Source: Faecalibaculum rodentium
GTDB lineage: Bacteria; Bacillota_I; Bacilli_A; Erysipelotrichales; Erysipelotrichaceae
NCBI RefSeq assembly: GCF_001564455.1
Contig: NZ_CP011391.1
Span: forward strand, 1,680,001 to 1,712,000
DNA length: 32,000 nt
Direction: 5' to 3'
The notes under the pieces were generated by a model. The model was given only the letters and a program-made list of their open reading frames with translations, was not told the DNA's origin and ran no database searches. How positions within the stretch are numbered: position 1 is the first letter of the stretch; each line of letters starts with the position of its first letter. A program made the position numbers and the translations under genes. This document shows, in pieces, positions 7,871 through 17,900 of the stretch.

Positions 7871-7900
7871 CAGCTGTCTTCGCAGACAGCTGTTTTTCTT
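7871..7900 (+). terminator. Strong plus-strand rho-independent terminator
   Basis: CAGCTGTCT (7871-7879), loop TCGC, AGACAGCTG (7884-7892), followed by TTTTTCTTT. Confidence 0.75.
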
Positions 7901-7995
7901 TGTCTGACAAAAGGGTTCCGCAGTGTCCGGTTCAGCTGAACAGACCAGGAATCGCAGTATCTGACACTACCTGAAACCATCAGCTGAATCCGCGT

Positions 7996-8042
7996 CCCCA
8001 CGTTGTCTCTCACCCGACAGCCGGGTGAGAGACAACGTGGGG
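7996..8042. repeat. Perfect 20-bp inverted repeat (7-nt loop) directly 3' of the pncB stop codon
   Basis: CCCCACGTTGTCTCTCACCC (7996-8015) and GGGTGAGAGACAACGTGGGG (8023-8042) are exact reverse complements. There is no U/T-run on either side. Confidence 0.8.
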
Positions 8043-8046
8043 AACA

Positions 8047-9495
8047 CTACTTGTATTCCTCCAGCATGCCAAGCTTCAAGTCAAGCAGTTTCTCCGTAAG
8101 ATCCACGTAGTATACCTGCGGGTTCACGAACCGCTTGATCTCCTCCCACAGCGTGTCCATTTCCCGCTTGGAGTACGCCCGGATGCCCTCCAGTGTCGGG
8201 CAGTCATACACGAGCTCTCCGTTCCGGAAAATCTCCACCAGCAGAGGACGCAGTTCGTAAGTGCCACCGACAATCGTTTTGTACTTCCACTTCTTCATCG
8301 GGTGGTAAATCGTGAGATCCTTCTCCGGATCCAGCACTTCGTCCTGCAGCGCGATCACATCCGCAATGGCCTTGCCTTCTTCCTTGTCCAGGATCCGGTA
8401 CAGGTTCTTATACCCCGGATCCGTGGTTTTCTCATCGTTTTCCGAGATCTTGATCCGCGGGATCCACTCCCCATCATGATTGACCGCACTCATTTTGTAC
8501 ACACCGCCAAACACCGGGGTGTTCTTCGAACAGATCATGTTTTCCCCCACACCGAAGGAATCGATCTTGGCTCCCTGCTGGTGAATCAGCGATTCGATGA
8601 GGTACTCATCCAGGGAGTTGGAGACCACGATCGCACAGTCCTGCATCCCGTTATCGTCCAGGATCTTCCGGATCTTCTTCGACAGATACGCCATATCACC
8701 GGAATCGATCCGCACACCCTTCAGGCGGTAGCCATTGGGTTCCAGGTATTCCTTCGCCACGCGAATGGCATTCTGGATCCCGCTTTTCAGCGTGTTGTAG
8801 GTATCGATCAGCAGTGTGCAGGAATTGGGGAACTGCTTCGCGTAGGCCAGGAACGCATCATATTCCGTGGGATAGCTCTGAACAAAGGAATGGGCCATGG
8901 TCCCCAGCACCGGGATGCCGAATTTCTGCCCTGCATAGGTCGTGGCCGTTCCAGCACAGCCGGCGATATAGGCAGCCCTGGCACCCATCACTGCAGCATC
9001 GAAGTTATGTGCACGCCGGGCACCGAATTCCATGACCGGTCTGCCCTCTGCCGCCTGTACGATGCGACGGGCTTTGGTGGCAATCAGTGTCTGGTGGTTG
9101 AGTGCCAGAAGCAGTGCGGTTTCCACCAGCTGTGCCTCGATGATCGGTGCCTTCACACGGACCAACGGTTCGTGCGGAAACACCGGGGTGCCTTCGGGAA
9201 TCGCCCAGAGATCACCGGTGAACCGGATGTTGGCCAGGTAGTCCAGGAACTCCGGCGTAAACTGGCCAAGACCAGCCAGATATTCAATGTCCTCCGGCTC
9301 GAACCGCAGGTTCTGTACATAGTCAATGATCTGTTCCAGACCGCAGAACACAGCCAGTCCCCCGTTGTCGGGATTCCGGCGGTAGAAAAGATCGAAGACC
9401 ACTTCCGTGTCCTTCAGCCCGTCTTCAAAATACACCTGGCTCATGGTGAGTTCGTAGAAATCCATCACCAGGCTGAGATTGCGCACTTCCTTCAT
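8047..9495 (-). CDS. pncB: Nicotinate phosphoribosyltransferase
   Basis: True start MKEVRNLSLVMDFYELTMSQVYF (complement 9493-9495), 1 nt after the upstream stop. NAPRTase hallmarks are FGARRAH and GTMAHSF. 482 aa. Confidence 0.9.
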   Translation of the reverse strand: MKEVRNLSLVMDFYELTMSQVYFEDGLKDTEVVFDLFYRRNPDNGGLAVFCGLEQIIDYVQNLRFEPEDIEYLAGLGQFTPEFLDYLANIRFTGDLWAIPEGTPVFPHEPLVRVKAPIIEAQLVETALLLALNHQTLIATKARRIVQAAEGRPVMEFGARRAHNFDAAVMGARAAYIAGCAGTATTYAGQKFGIPVLGTMAHSFVQSYPTEYDAFLAYAKQFPNSCTLLIDTYNTLKSGIQNAIRVAKEYLEPNGYRLKGVRIDSGDMAYLSKKIRKILDDNGMQDCAIVVSNSLDEYLIESLIHQQGAKIDSFGVGENMICSKNTPVFGGVYKMSAVNHDGEWIPRIKISENDEKTTDPGYKNLYRILDKEEGKAIADVIALQDEVLDPEKDLTIYHPMKKWKYKTIVGGTYELRPLLVEIFRNGELVYDCPTLEGIRAYSKREMDTLWEEIKRFVNPQVYYVDLTEKLLDLKLGMLEEYK

Positions 9496-9496
9496 A

Positions 9497-10159
9497 TCAG
9501 TTTCCTTCTCCTGTATCTTCCGTTTCACTGTTCTTCTTTGATTCTTGACTGCCAGCTGCAGGGATCTTTTCCGGGTCAGTGTCGACGATGGCATCCACTA
9601 CGAGAACCCCGGCGGCTTTCATAAGATCCAGCGCCGTCTTCTGCCAGAACGGACCATCATGAATTTCGTCCATGTGATACGTGGCGGTGCAGTCAGCCGG
9701 TACGATCACACGTCTGTCCTGCTCTGTCTGGTTGAAAAACGCCTTCAGAGCCAGGGCAAACTGCAGGACACAGATGTCTGTGCAGCAGCCGGTGATCACC
9801 CAGTCATGGTACTGACTGCCCTGTTCCTGGAGAAACACCTGGAAATCCGGAGCGAAAAACGTGTTGGTGCTGTTTTTCGGGATCCGGTGCTCAACGCAGT
9901 CCGCCAGTTCGTCGATGATGTCCGATTCCTCTGTGTTTTTGAGGCAGTGAGGTGGAAACGCATCAAACTCCCTGGCATTCCAGTCATGTTCATCCGCCAC
10001 AAACCATGTCGGCGCATTCAGCGACTGAATCAGTTTGCGGATGTCCGGGGCTGTGTCGATGATGGCGGGATCTGCCAGGGCACCCTGTTTTGCGAATCCG
10101 TTGATCATATCCACCACAAACAGCACCGGCTGTTTCAGGTCGGCCGCCTGTATCTTCAT
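9497..10159 (-). CDS. pncA: Isochorismatase-family hydrolase, probable nicotinamidase
   Basis: True start MKIQAADLKQPVLFVVDMINGF (complement 10157-10159), with GGGAGGG SD. Catalytic-triad context: VVDMINGF (Asp), KNSTNTFF (Lys), VITGCCTDICV (Cys). A DEHDW...H stretch is compatible with the nicotinamidase metal site. The gene is directly coupled to pncB. Confidence 0.65.
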   Translation of the reverse strand: MKIQAADLKQPVLFVVDMINGFAKQGALADPAIIDTAPDIRKLIQSLNAPTWFVADEHDWNAREFDAFPPHCLKNTEESDIIDELADCVEHRIPKNSTNTFFAPDFQVFLQEQGSQYHDWVITGCCTDICVLQFALALKAFFNQTEQDRRVIVPADCTATYHMDEIHDGPFWQKTALDLMKAAGVLVVDAIVDTDPEKIPAAGSQESKKNSETEDTGEGN

Positions 10160-10178
10160 GAATTCCCTCCCTGACTGT

Positions 10179-10226
10179 GTGACAGTCTGTCCAATCTTGT
10201 CTATTATACCACTGGTATACCACTGG
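10179..10226. promoter_or_regulatory. Divergent, face-to-face overlapping promoter candidates (pncA-pncB versus PPC gene) with a palindrome and a tandem 11-mer
   Basis: Plus strand: GTGACA (10179-10184), 17 nt, TATTAT (10202-10207). Minus strand: TGgTATAAT (hexamer complement 10203-10208). The palindrome GACAGtCTGTC is at 10181-10191. The exact tandem repeat TATACCACTGG x2 is at 10205-10226. Confidence 0.4.
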
Positions 10227-10263
10227 CACAGCAGCCATTGGCGGGCTATCCTGAGAAGAGAGG

Positions 10264-10695
10264 ATGGAATGTACGATGGAAACAAAACGAACCGCAAACT
10301 GTCTGGTGATCCGCCTGGATCCCGGGGAAGAACTGATCAACAGCCTGCTGACAGCCTGTCAGGAGCATGACATTCACTGCGCGCAGATTACAGGAATTGG
10401 CGCAGCAAAGAAAATCACCTGCGGTGTCTTCGATCCGAAAACGAGGGAATACCACTCAGAGAAGTTCAAAGGCATTTTCGAAATCACCAGCCTGAATGGC
10501 ACCATCACGACAATGGATGGCGGTTTGTATCCGCATATCCATGTCACGTTTGCGGATGAGAAATACAAAGTCCGCGGCGGTCACCTGAACAAGTGTGTGA
10601 TCAGCGCCACAGCAGAAATCGTGCTCATGATCCTGGATCTGGAGATCGACCGTCAGGCAAGTCAGGAAGTCGGCCTGAATCTGTTCCGGTTCTGA
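10264..10695 (+). CDS. PPC (DUF296) domain protein, predicted DNA-binding
   Basis: 143-aa ORF. LVIRLDPGEELINSLLTACQEHDIHCAQITGIGA...GTITTMDGGLYPHIHVTFADEKYKVRGGHL matches my recollection of the PPC/DUF296 pattern. The start could instead be the ATG at 10276. Confidence 0.65.
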   Translation: MECTMETKRTANCLVIRLDPGEELINSLLTACQEHDIHCAQITGIGAAKKITCGVFDPKTREYHSEKFKGIFEITSLNGTITTMDGGLYPHIHVTFADEKYKVRGGHLNKCVISATAEIVLMILDLEIDRQASQEVGLNLFRF

Positions 10696-10760
10696 GTCCA
10701 GCTGGCTGGAGCGGCCATCTGCAGGCTGAAAGGTGCAGCAAGTGAATCAGAATACAGTTC

Positions 10761-10796
10761 AAAAAACCGCAGTTTCTCAATCACTGCGGCTTTTTA
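10761..10796. terminator. Bidirectional terminator between the PPC gene and the rpn-like gene
   Basis: AAAAAA, CCGCAGT (10767-10773), 9-nt loop, ACTGCGG (10783-10789), C, TTTTT. Confidence 0.75.
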
Positions 10797-10807
10797 TGAT
10801 GCATGGT

Positions 10808-11743
10808 TTACTGACCGGTTTCCCGTTTCATTTCTTCATAGCAGGCATCAAAGGCTTCTTCGGAGCTCAACGCCCGTTCATAGTCATCCAGTCTGTTGGC
10901 GTTTTTCAGCCAGGAATAAAGCTGCCTGTCTTTTGACCGGGTTTCCTCTCTGCCCTTCTTCCTTCCCTGCTGCCGACCCTGTCTAAGGCCCTTCCTTTCT
11001 CCGCGCAGCATGGCTACGTTTACCTCCTCCTTTGTCAGACATGTAAACACCTGTTCCATCGTCCACTTCTCCTTTCCGCCAATGATTTTTTCTGTTTCTT
11101 CCAGACTGATTTTGCTTCCGCTCAGGTACATCAGACCTCGAAGCGTCGTAACCGGATGATCCACAGGTCCTTCAAGAACAGTATAAGGTCTGCCTTCCCG
11201 TTTTGCCTTCACCATCCAGGCAAAAAAGCGTAAATCGGTTTTCATGTGCAGAATCACCTCATCCGGCAAAGCGCCCAGATCCACCACCCTGATCCGAAAA
11301 TCCTGAAATACCGGTGGAAGGTCTTTGCACCTGGTATTCATCTTCTCGCTGAGCGATACCAGGCAGGTCCAGGGTCTGTCCCCATAATGCAAAACACCAC
11401 CCACAATCGGGACTGGAGATTTGCCGTCCTGTGCTCTCGTCAGATACTGATTCGCAATGGAAGCCATCAGCCGTTCAACCATGTTTGGATCCGGCTTTGT
11501 CTGGTTTTCCAAACAGGACAGCAGCACGTCTTTCTTCACCACCGAATCCGCCAGCATCATGGCAGAATCCTGTTCCATGAACGTCAGCACCATTCCCGGA
11601 TCTCTGGGAACATGCACCGGATAGTGACGGAGACACACAGGATCAAATTCCCATTTCTGTCCGGTGACGAGCTCCAGTGCTTCCTTGTGGACCTCCGGAA
11701 ACTCCAGCAGATGTCTTTCAACAATGTCTTTTTCTTTTCCCAA
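10808..11743 (-). CDS. Rpn/YhgA-family PD-(D/E)XK recombination-promoting nuclease / putative transposase
   Basis: 311-aa ORF with a TTG start (complement 11741-11743), 7 nt after GGAAAGGAG. The core ADSVVKKDVLLSCLENQTKPDPNMVERLMASIANQYL...PVPIVGGVLHYGDRPW fits the family pattern as I recall it: Asp, a hydrophobic strand ending in E-x-Q, then [ST]-x-P-D-x-x-M-x-x-R-h-x-x-Y, then h-P-h-V-h-h-h-Y-x-G. The C-terminal third is basic and helical. Confidence 0.75.
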   Translation of the reverse strand: MGKEKDIVERHLLEFPEVHKEALELVTGQKWEFDPVCLRHYPVHVPRDPGMVLTFMEQDSAMMLADSVVKKDVLLSCLENQTKPDPNMVERLMASIANQYLTRAQDGKSPVPIVGGVLHYGDRPWTCLVSLSEKMNTRCKDLPPVFQDFRIRVVDLGALPDEVILHMKTDLRFFAWMVKAKREGRPYTVLEGPVDHPVTTLRGLMYLSGSKISLEETEKIIGGKEKWTMEQVFTCLTKEEVNVAMLRGERKGLRQGRQQGRKKGREETRSKDRQLYSWLKNANRLDDYERALSSEEAFDACYEEMKRETGQ

Positions 11744-11931
11744 TCAGATGCTCCTTTCCAGCTGAATGCCTCTACTTTGTATATTCGCCAGAACGGCCCA
11801 TTTTTGAGAAAATTTCCCAAAAAAGTTTTGGAGACAGGGAATCCAATGCTCATTCTTCGTCAGTGTCTGCCGATAGCGCCATGTACACATCGGAATGAGA
11901 CTCCACCTGCTGGTGATCTTCATTTCACATT

Positions 11932-11967
11932 AAAAAAGACCAGGGATCCGGCTGGGATTCCCTGGTC
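11932..11967 (-). terminator. Rho-independent terminator of the giant surface-protein gene
   Basis: Minus strand: GACCAGGGAATCC-CAGCC-GGATCCCTGGTC (one bulged nt) followed by U6 (forward A-run 11932-11937). It lies 18 nt after the stop codon. Confidence 0.8.
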
Positions 11968-11984
11968 AGTTCAGACATCAGAGT

Positions 11985-14900
11985 TTACTCTTCGTCTTTT
12001 TTCTTTTTGTCCCTGCGGGACAGGTGAGCTGCACCGATCATACCCAGACCTGCAGCACCCATGATGGATGTCCACAGAGCGGGATCCAGACCAAGAGCCG
12101 TGACGACTTTGTTCGGCTTTCTGGCATCGGATTTCTCCGGCGCTTCCGGAGTCTCGTCCTTCTTCGGTGCTTCCGGTTCAGCTGGTTCTGCCGGTTTCGG
12201 TGTAACCTTCAGTGTACCAATGGCTTCTGTGACCTCATAATCCGCCGCATCCGCCTTGATCCACTTTAGTTCATACGTGTTTGCACTTTCGCCGACTTCC
12301 GTCTGGGAACCGGTAAGAAGCAGTTCAACCTCATCGCCTTCTGCAAGACCGGTTACAGAACCTCCTGCAGTGAGCGCCTTGCCGTCATACACTTTCTCTG
12401 CACTCTCTGTCGTGACTGTCAGTTTTGCCGGCACAACTTCCAGAACCGCGGATGTTTCCGCATCCTCATAGTTGTTGTGCATTGCGCGGACTTTCACCGT
12501 GTACTTGCCGACATGTGTAAAGGCAGGCAGTTCATCCGTCCAAGTCTGACCATCCACAGAGTACTGGATTTTTGCATCCTTGATATCGGAACTTGCCGCA
12601 TCCAGCATCTGATCCTTGCCGTTGTACGTGACTGTCTTGTCAGCCAGTGTCAGGTTGTGATGCCTGGCATCCGCCTTCTTCACCTTCAGCGTTCCGTGCT
12701 GCACTTCGATGTTGTAGTTGGCTGCGATGTTGTCCGGATCCTCGGATGCGATACCCAGGAACCGTGCCACACGGGACAGAGTCGTTGCACCGCTGCGCTT
12801 GTTGAAGCGGTAGCTGAATGTATTTTCCGTGGTGCCTGCATCCGTAATGGAAGCAAAGCTGTGGAATTCCGGTTCCTCGCCCTTCACAAAACCGTCGCCG
12901 GATTCGTGAACATACGCCTTTTCATGCTTGTGCTCCGTGCCGTCGTATACCCATTCCTGGTCTTCGCTGACAAGCAGAACGTTTCGCTTGAGGATCTCAA
13001 CGGTCACTGTCTTGGATGTTTCCTTGCAGTTTTCGTTGTCGGTCGTGGCAGTCACTTCCCACTTGCCGCTGTTGGTGAATGCCGGTGCTTCTTTGGATGT
13101 GTATTCTTCCCCGGTTTCCAGGTTCTTCACGGTATAGGTGAAGTTGCCGTCCACATGTTCACCATTCTTCAGCTTTGCAGCAGCTGCAACAGTGGTTGTC
13201 TGTCCATCGTACTTCTTGCGGAAGCCTGTGGCCGTGATTTCCATGTCCGTATCCGGCGTGAAGTCGATGGTGGGCTGTGCTGCTGTGACTTTCAGCAGAC
13301 CCAGCTTTTCGTCAGCCAGTTTGTAGTTGGACGCCTTGGCGGTTCCATCGAATTCCAGACTGTAGGTGTTGGCAGATTCTCCGGCGTTGGTCTGGGAGCC
13401 GGTTGTCCTGGCGGAGAGTGTTTCTCCCTCCACGATGTTTTCGATGGTGATGCCTGCAGCAGTCAGTGCGGATCCGTCATAGACCTTTTCTGCGCCGTCT
13501 GTTGTAACAGTATATTCTCTCTGTTTAATGGTCACCGTCACCGTCTTGGACAGATTCTTCAGGTTCTCGTCCTTCGGTGTGAAGGTGATGGTCCATTCAC
13601 CGGCATCCAGCATGGTAGGCAGCTGATCAACGGCCTCACCGTTTACGACGTAGCTGTAGTCAGTATCGATTACAATATTCTCGCTGTTCTTTGTGACGAC
13701 TGTCAGGCTGACTTCAATGCCATCATAAATCTTACTGATACTGTTGCCTTCCATGAAAGCGGATGTTCCAGGATCAACATCAATGGTCCCGTTGGCATCA
13801 GTGACTTCCAGTTTTCCAAAGGATTTCTGAATGTCATAGTTTTCCAGAGACTTACCGTCAGTCAGGACTACATCGAACGCATTTTCGGCTGTACCAACAT
13901 TGGTAACTGTAGCCGTTTCTGCAAACTTGTAGTCGCTGAATTCACCTTCCACAAAACCCAGACTTCCATCCAGTTCAATGACGGTGTGGTTCGTCAGCGG
14001 TGTACCATCATAAACCTTGGAAGCAGGTTCGCTTTGCAGCAGAACCGTTCGAGGAGTGATGGACAGGCTGCCTTCGGATTTTGTGATTGTATAGTTGGAA
14101 GCTTTGGTGGTCTCTTCATTCAGCGTGTAATCAAAGGCGTTGGCTGTTTTGCTTTCGGCCACGTTCGTGATGGAAGCTGTGAAATCAACATTCGCCAGTC
14201 CTTCACCAGCCACGAAGTTTTCGCCGCCAATCCTGAGCTCGTTTTCGCCATTGGTCAAAGCTGTACCGTCATATACCTTGTCCAGGGTTGCACTGGTCAG
14301 TGTGACAGGACGCTTTGTAATGACGACATCCACAGTTACACCATCTTCTCCAAAATTGTAGTTGGGGTTGGTCGCCTTGACAGTAACAGTTCCTTTTACA
14401 ACATCCTTGAAGTAAGGATTGCCATCGAATTTCTCACCATTAACGAGATATTCGAACACAGTTTCCGTATCATTCACCGCATTGGTTTTCGCAGTGATGA
14501 CAGAAGTTGTTCCATCATACATCCGGTTGATGCCATCTGCAGTAATGTTCTTGTCACCATCGTTGATGGTGATGGATCCTTCAGCCTTCTCCACTGTCAG
14601 TGTTCCAAGATCTTCGGAAACTTTATAGTTGGTGGATGTGGCCCCGGTCCACTTCAGGTCATAAGAGTTCATGCTGGAACCGGCTTCTGTCTGGGATCCG
14701 GTTACACTGAACTCAACCTTGTCATCACCAAGAACGCCTTCAATCTGACCTCCAGCTGTCAAAGCCTTGCCGTCATAGACTTTTCTAGCGGACTTGGTTG
14801 TAACTGTTACCGGAGCCGGAGTGATGGTCAGTACCGCTTCTTTCGTGGCTGTTTCGTAGCCGCCTTTCACGGCACGTGCAATGACTTTATATCCGCCCTC

Positions 14901-17900
14901 CTTCACATCCTTGTATGAAGGCATTGTTGCTGTCCAGTTCTCACCATCCACAGAGTATTCGATGACTGCCCCATCAATTGCAGTAGCAGCATCCAGACTC
15001 TGGTTCTTGGCAGTATACTGTTCAGTCTTGCCCTCAAACTCAAGCTTCAGGTCTTCTGCCGGAGCTGTGGTTATCTTCAGGGTACCCAGAGTCTCTTCAA
15101 TCTTATAGTTCGTTTCTTTTACATTGTTCCATGTGATGGTATAGGAGTTTGTAGATTCACCAACGTTTGTCTGAGAACCTGTTACTGCAAAGCTGGCAAT
15201 ATTATCATCATTACCCATCCATCCTTCAATAGAACCAGGGGCAGTCAGCGCCTGACCAGTATATTTGCGTTCAGCACTTTTCGTCGTAACTGTCAGAGGT
15301 GCCTGAGTAATCGTCAGAACTGCGGAAACCTCAGCAGTTTCGTAATTGCTGTTTTCTGCACGTGCATACACTGTATACTTTCCAGCATCGTAGAAAGCCG
15401 GCATTTCTTCTGTCCAGGTTTTCTTATCAGTGGAGTAAGTGATCTTCGTGCCTTTTACAACAGTGACAGCAGCAGGATTCAGATTCTGGTTAGCTGCATT
15501 GTAGACAACTTCCTTACCTGCAAATTCCAGTCCAAGCTGAGCTGCATCAGCAGGCGTAACTTCGAGGCGACCATTAATGTACTCAACTACGTAGTTACTT
15601 TCTTTTGCAGTCCCATCCCAGCTAATCACAGCCTTATTTTCACTGAATCCAACTTCGGTCTGAGAGCCGGTAGCGGTAACAGTGGCTGTTTCTCCATTCA
15701 CCAAGCCGTTCAGCGTCCCACCGGCTGTAATAGCTTCACCTGTATAAGGTTCAGTTCTAGAATCAGCGGCGGCAATCAACTTTGCAGGTTTGATGATGAA
15801 TTCTGCACTTGTGAAGGAATCTTCATAGTTTTTATTCACACCCTTGGCCCAAATGGTATAGGTTCCTGCATCTGTAAACTTCGGCAGTTCTTCAGACCAT
15901 TCATTGCTGTCTTTGGAAGTTGCATACAGGTACACAGTTCCGTCTGCACCGCCTGTTGCACCATTAGCAAGAGTCTGGTTCAGGCCAATATACGTTGTCT
16001 CACCACTCTTGAGAGTAATCTTATTCTGATCCGCAGGAGCAGCCGTAACAGTCAATGTTCCATTCGAAGACTTAACGAGCTCATAGTTGCCTTCCTTGGC
16101 GCTGCCATTCCAGTCAATGCCCTCGAAGGTATTGGTAGAGGAACCTACGTTTGTCTGTGAACCAGATGTCTTGACTGCCGCATCTTCACCTGTGACAAGA
16201 CCATCGATTTTTCCACCGGCAGTCAGTGGCTTCCCATCGTATTCTTTGTCAGCATCCAGCGCTTTTGCAGTGATTTCTTTCGGGTTCACCACCAGCTGGA
16301 CGGTAACGACATCACTGTCTGCATACTTTCCAGACTCATCTGTAGCCTTGACTTTTACAGTAGTGCGGGAAGCGTCTTTGGCAGAAGGAAGCGTTTTTGT
16401 CCAGGTAGTTCCGCCATCTGTGCTGTAAACAACAGTCCCTCTATCTGCACGACCTGCAGGAAGTACATGAGTTGTTCCATCATAGGTGGATACCAGACCT
16501 GCAGCATTAATATCGTAGGTCAGCTGCACTTTCTTCTTGCAGACATTGAAGATAACACTGAAAGGACTGTCTTCATCTGTTGAAAGGTCTTTGCTGTTGA
16601 TAATCTGCACTGCTGGTTCACCGGAAACGAGCTCATAATTTTCAGGAATTCCATCAGCCCGTACCGTGAACTCCTCTTTCATGTTGTTTCTCAGAATCTC
16701 GCTCGAGGCGATAATGGTATCGGTATCCACATCTTTATAAAGAACCTGATAATACTTCTGAACCATCGGATGATACTTGAAGACGATCACATTTTCCTTG
16801 CCTGCATCAACCGTATAGTTGATATAGGGTGTTTCGGGAGTCATATCCTGAATCGATTTCGCCTGAACCGTGATGGTCTTTCCCGGACGGGCGAGTGTGG
16901 AATCATCCCCTGCCAGAGACTCTCCCGTATCAGCGTTCACATACTTGATGGTGACAGGCATGGTGTCCTTAGCCGTCCACTTGGCGTAGATATCAGTATC
17001 GCCTTCCACTGTCTTGTCCGCAGAGAAAGGAATCGTGCAGGCTTCATCCATATACCAGCCAGCAAACGTGTGACCCGCAAACTCAGGTTTCTCTGTGATT
17101 TCGCCAATCCGGCTTCCGCCTTCGATATCATCATGCAGCAGTTTGTCCGCAGAACCGTTGTTGTAGTGGAGCGTTACATCGAACGCCTTGGCTTCCCACT
17201 TGGCATACAGAATCAGGTTGCCATTTGGCATGGTTACACCATCCGTAACAGGCTGTGTAAATGCCGGATCCAGATACCAGCCGGCAAATGTATAGTAACT
17301 GCCCTTTCCTGCGGGAAGTTCAGGAGTATAGTTCCATCCATCTGTTGCTGAGGTATACTTCGAGATTTCTCCCAGGGGGGTTGTGTACTTTACGTCCTTG
17401 ATTTCCTTAACGATGGTATTCCAGCTGGAGTACTGAATGTGGTACTTCTCCAAATTCGAAGCTACTTTTGTAGGAGTGCCCCGATTTATGTCAACAGATG
17501 TCCCTTCGTTCCTAATACCGGTTCCATTTTTAGACCAGAATTCCGCTGAAGTGAAATCGCCAGAGGACTTGGTCGAATACTTATAGAGTTTATATCCGGC
17601 ATATTTTTCATATACATTGAACGAGCCATTTCCAGCCATGATGGTATCTGCCAGTTGGTACGAGCCGTCGTACTGTTCGTTATAGTAAGCGATATGATAA
17701 CGGCTGCTGTCTCCTCGAATGGTGAATTTCAGAGACCAGTTTCCGGATCCGTCTTCTTTAGTTTCTTCCCCATATCCTGCAGTATGGAAATCATACGTGG
17801 TCAACAGCAGCGCTCCGGTTCTGGATGTTTCCCACATTTTACTGGAATCCCAAAGAGAATTTCCCTTTTCGTCAGTAAATGGTGCGCCGAAGAGTCCGAC

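Noticed and set aside
7801-8013. 70-aa minus-strand ORF in the hydrolase-pncB gap
   Set aside because: It spans three hairpins and terminators, has no SD, and has an implausible Cys/Arg-rich sequence.
11985-12130. LPXTG-type sortase signal at the adhesin C-terminus
   Set aside because: A hydrophobic segment and a basic tail are present, but no LPXTG/LAXTG/SPKTG/NPQTN-like pentapeptide precedes them (the sequence is KPNKVVTALGLDPALW). I report it as a TM anchor or unknown signal instead.
12477-14918. 813-aa ORF on the plus strand, with a 498-aa one at 18159-19655, antisense to the adhesin gene
   Set aside because: The composition is low-complexity and Cys/Phe/Val-rich. There is no SD and no recognisable domains. 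They lie entirely opposite a gene with clear domain repeats. Long antisense ORFs are expected when the sense strand avoids TTA/CTA/TCA codons.
12200-16530. Periodic repeats that might suggest a CRISPR or satellite array
   Set aside because: The period is about 260-280 nt. The repeats lie inside one continuous ORF, are diverged at the DNA level, and encode recognisable protein modules. There are no short identical direct repeats with unique spacers.
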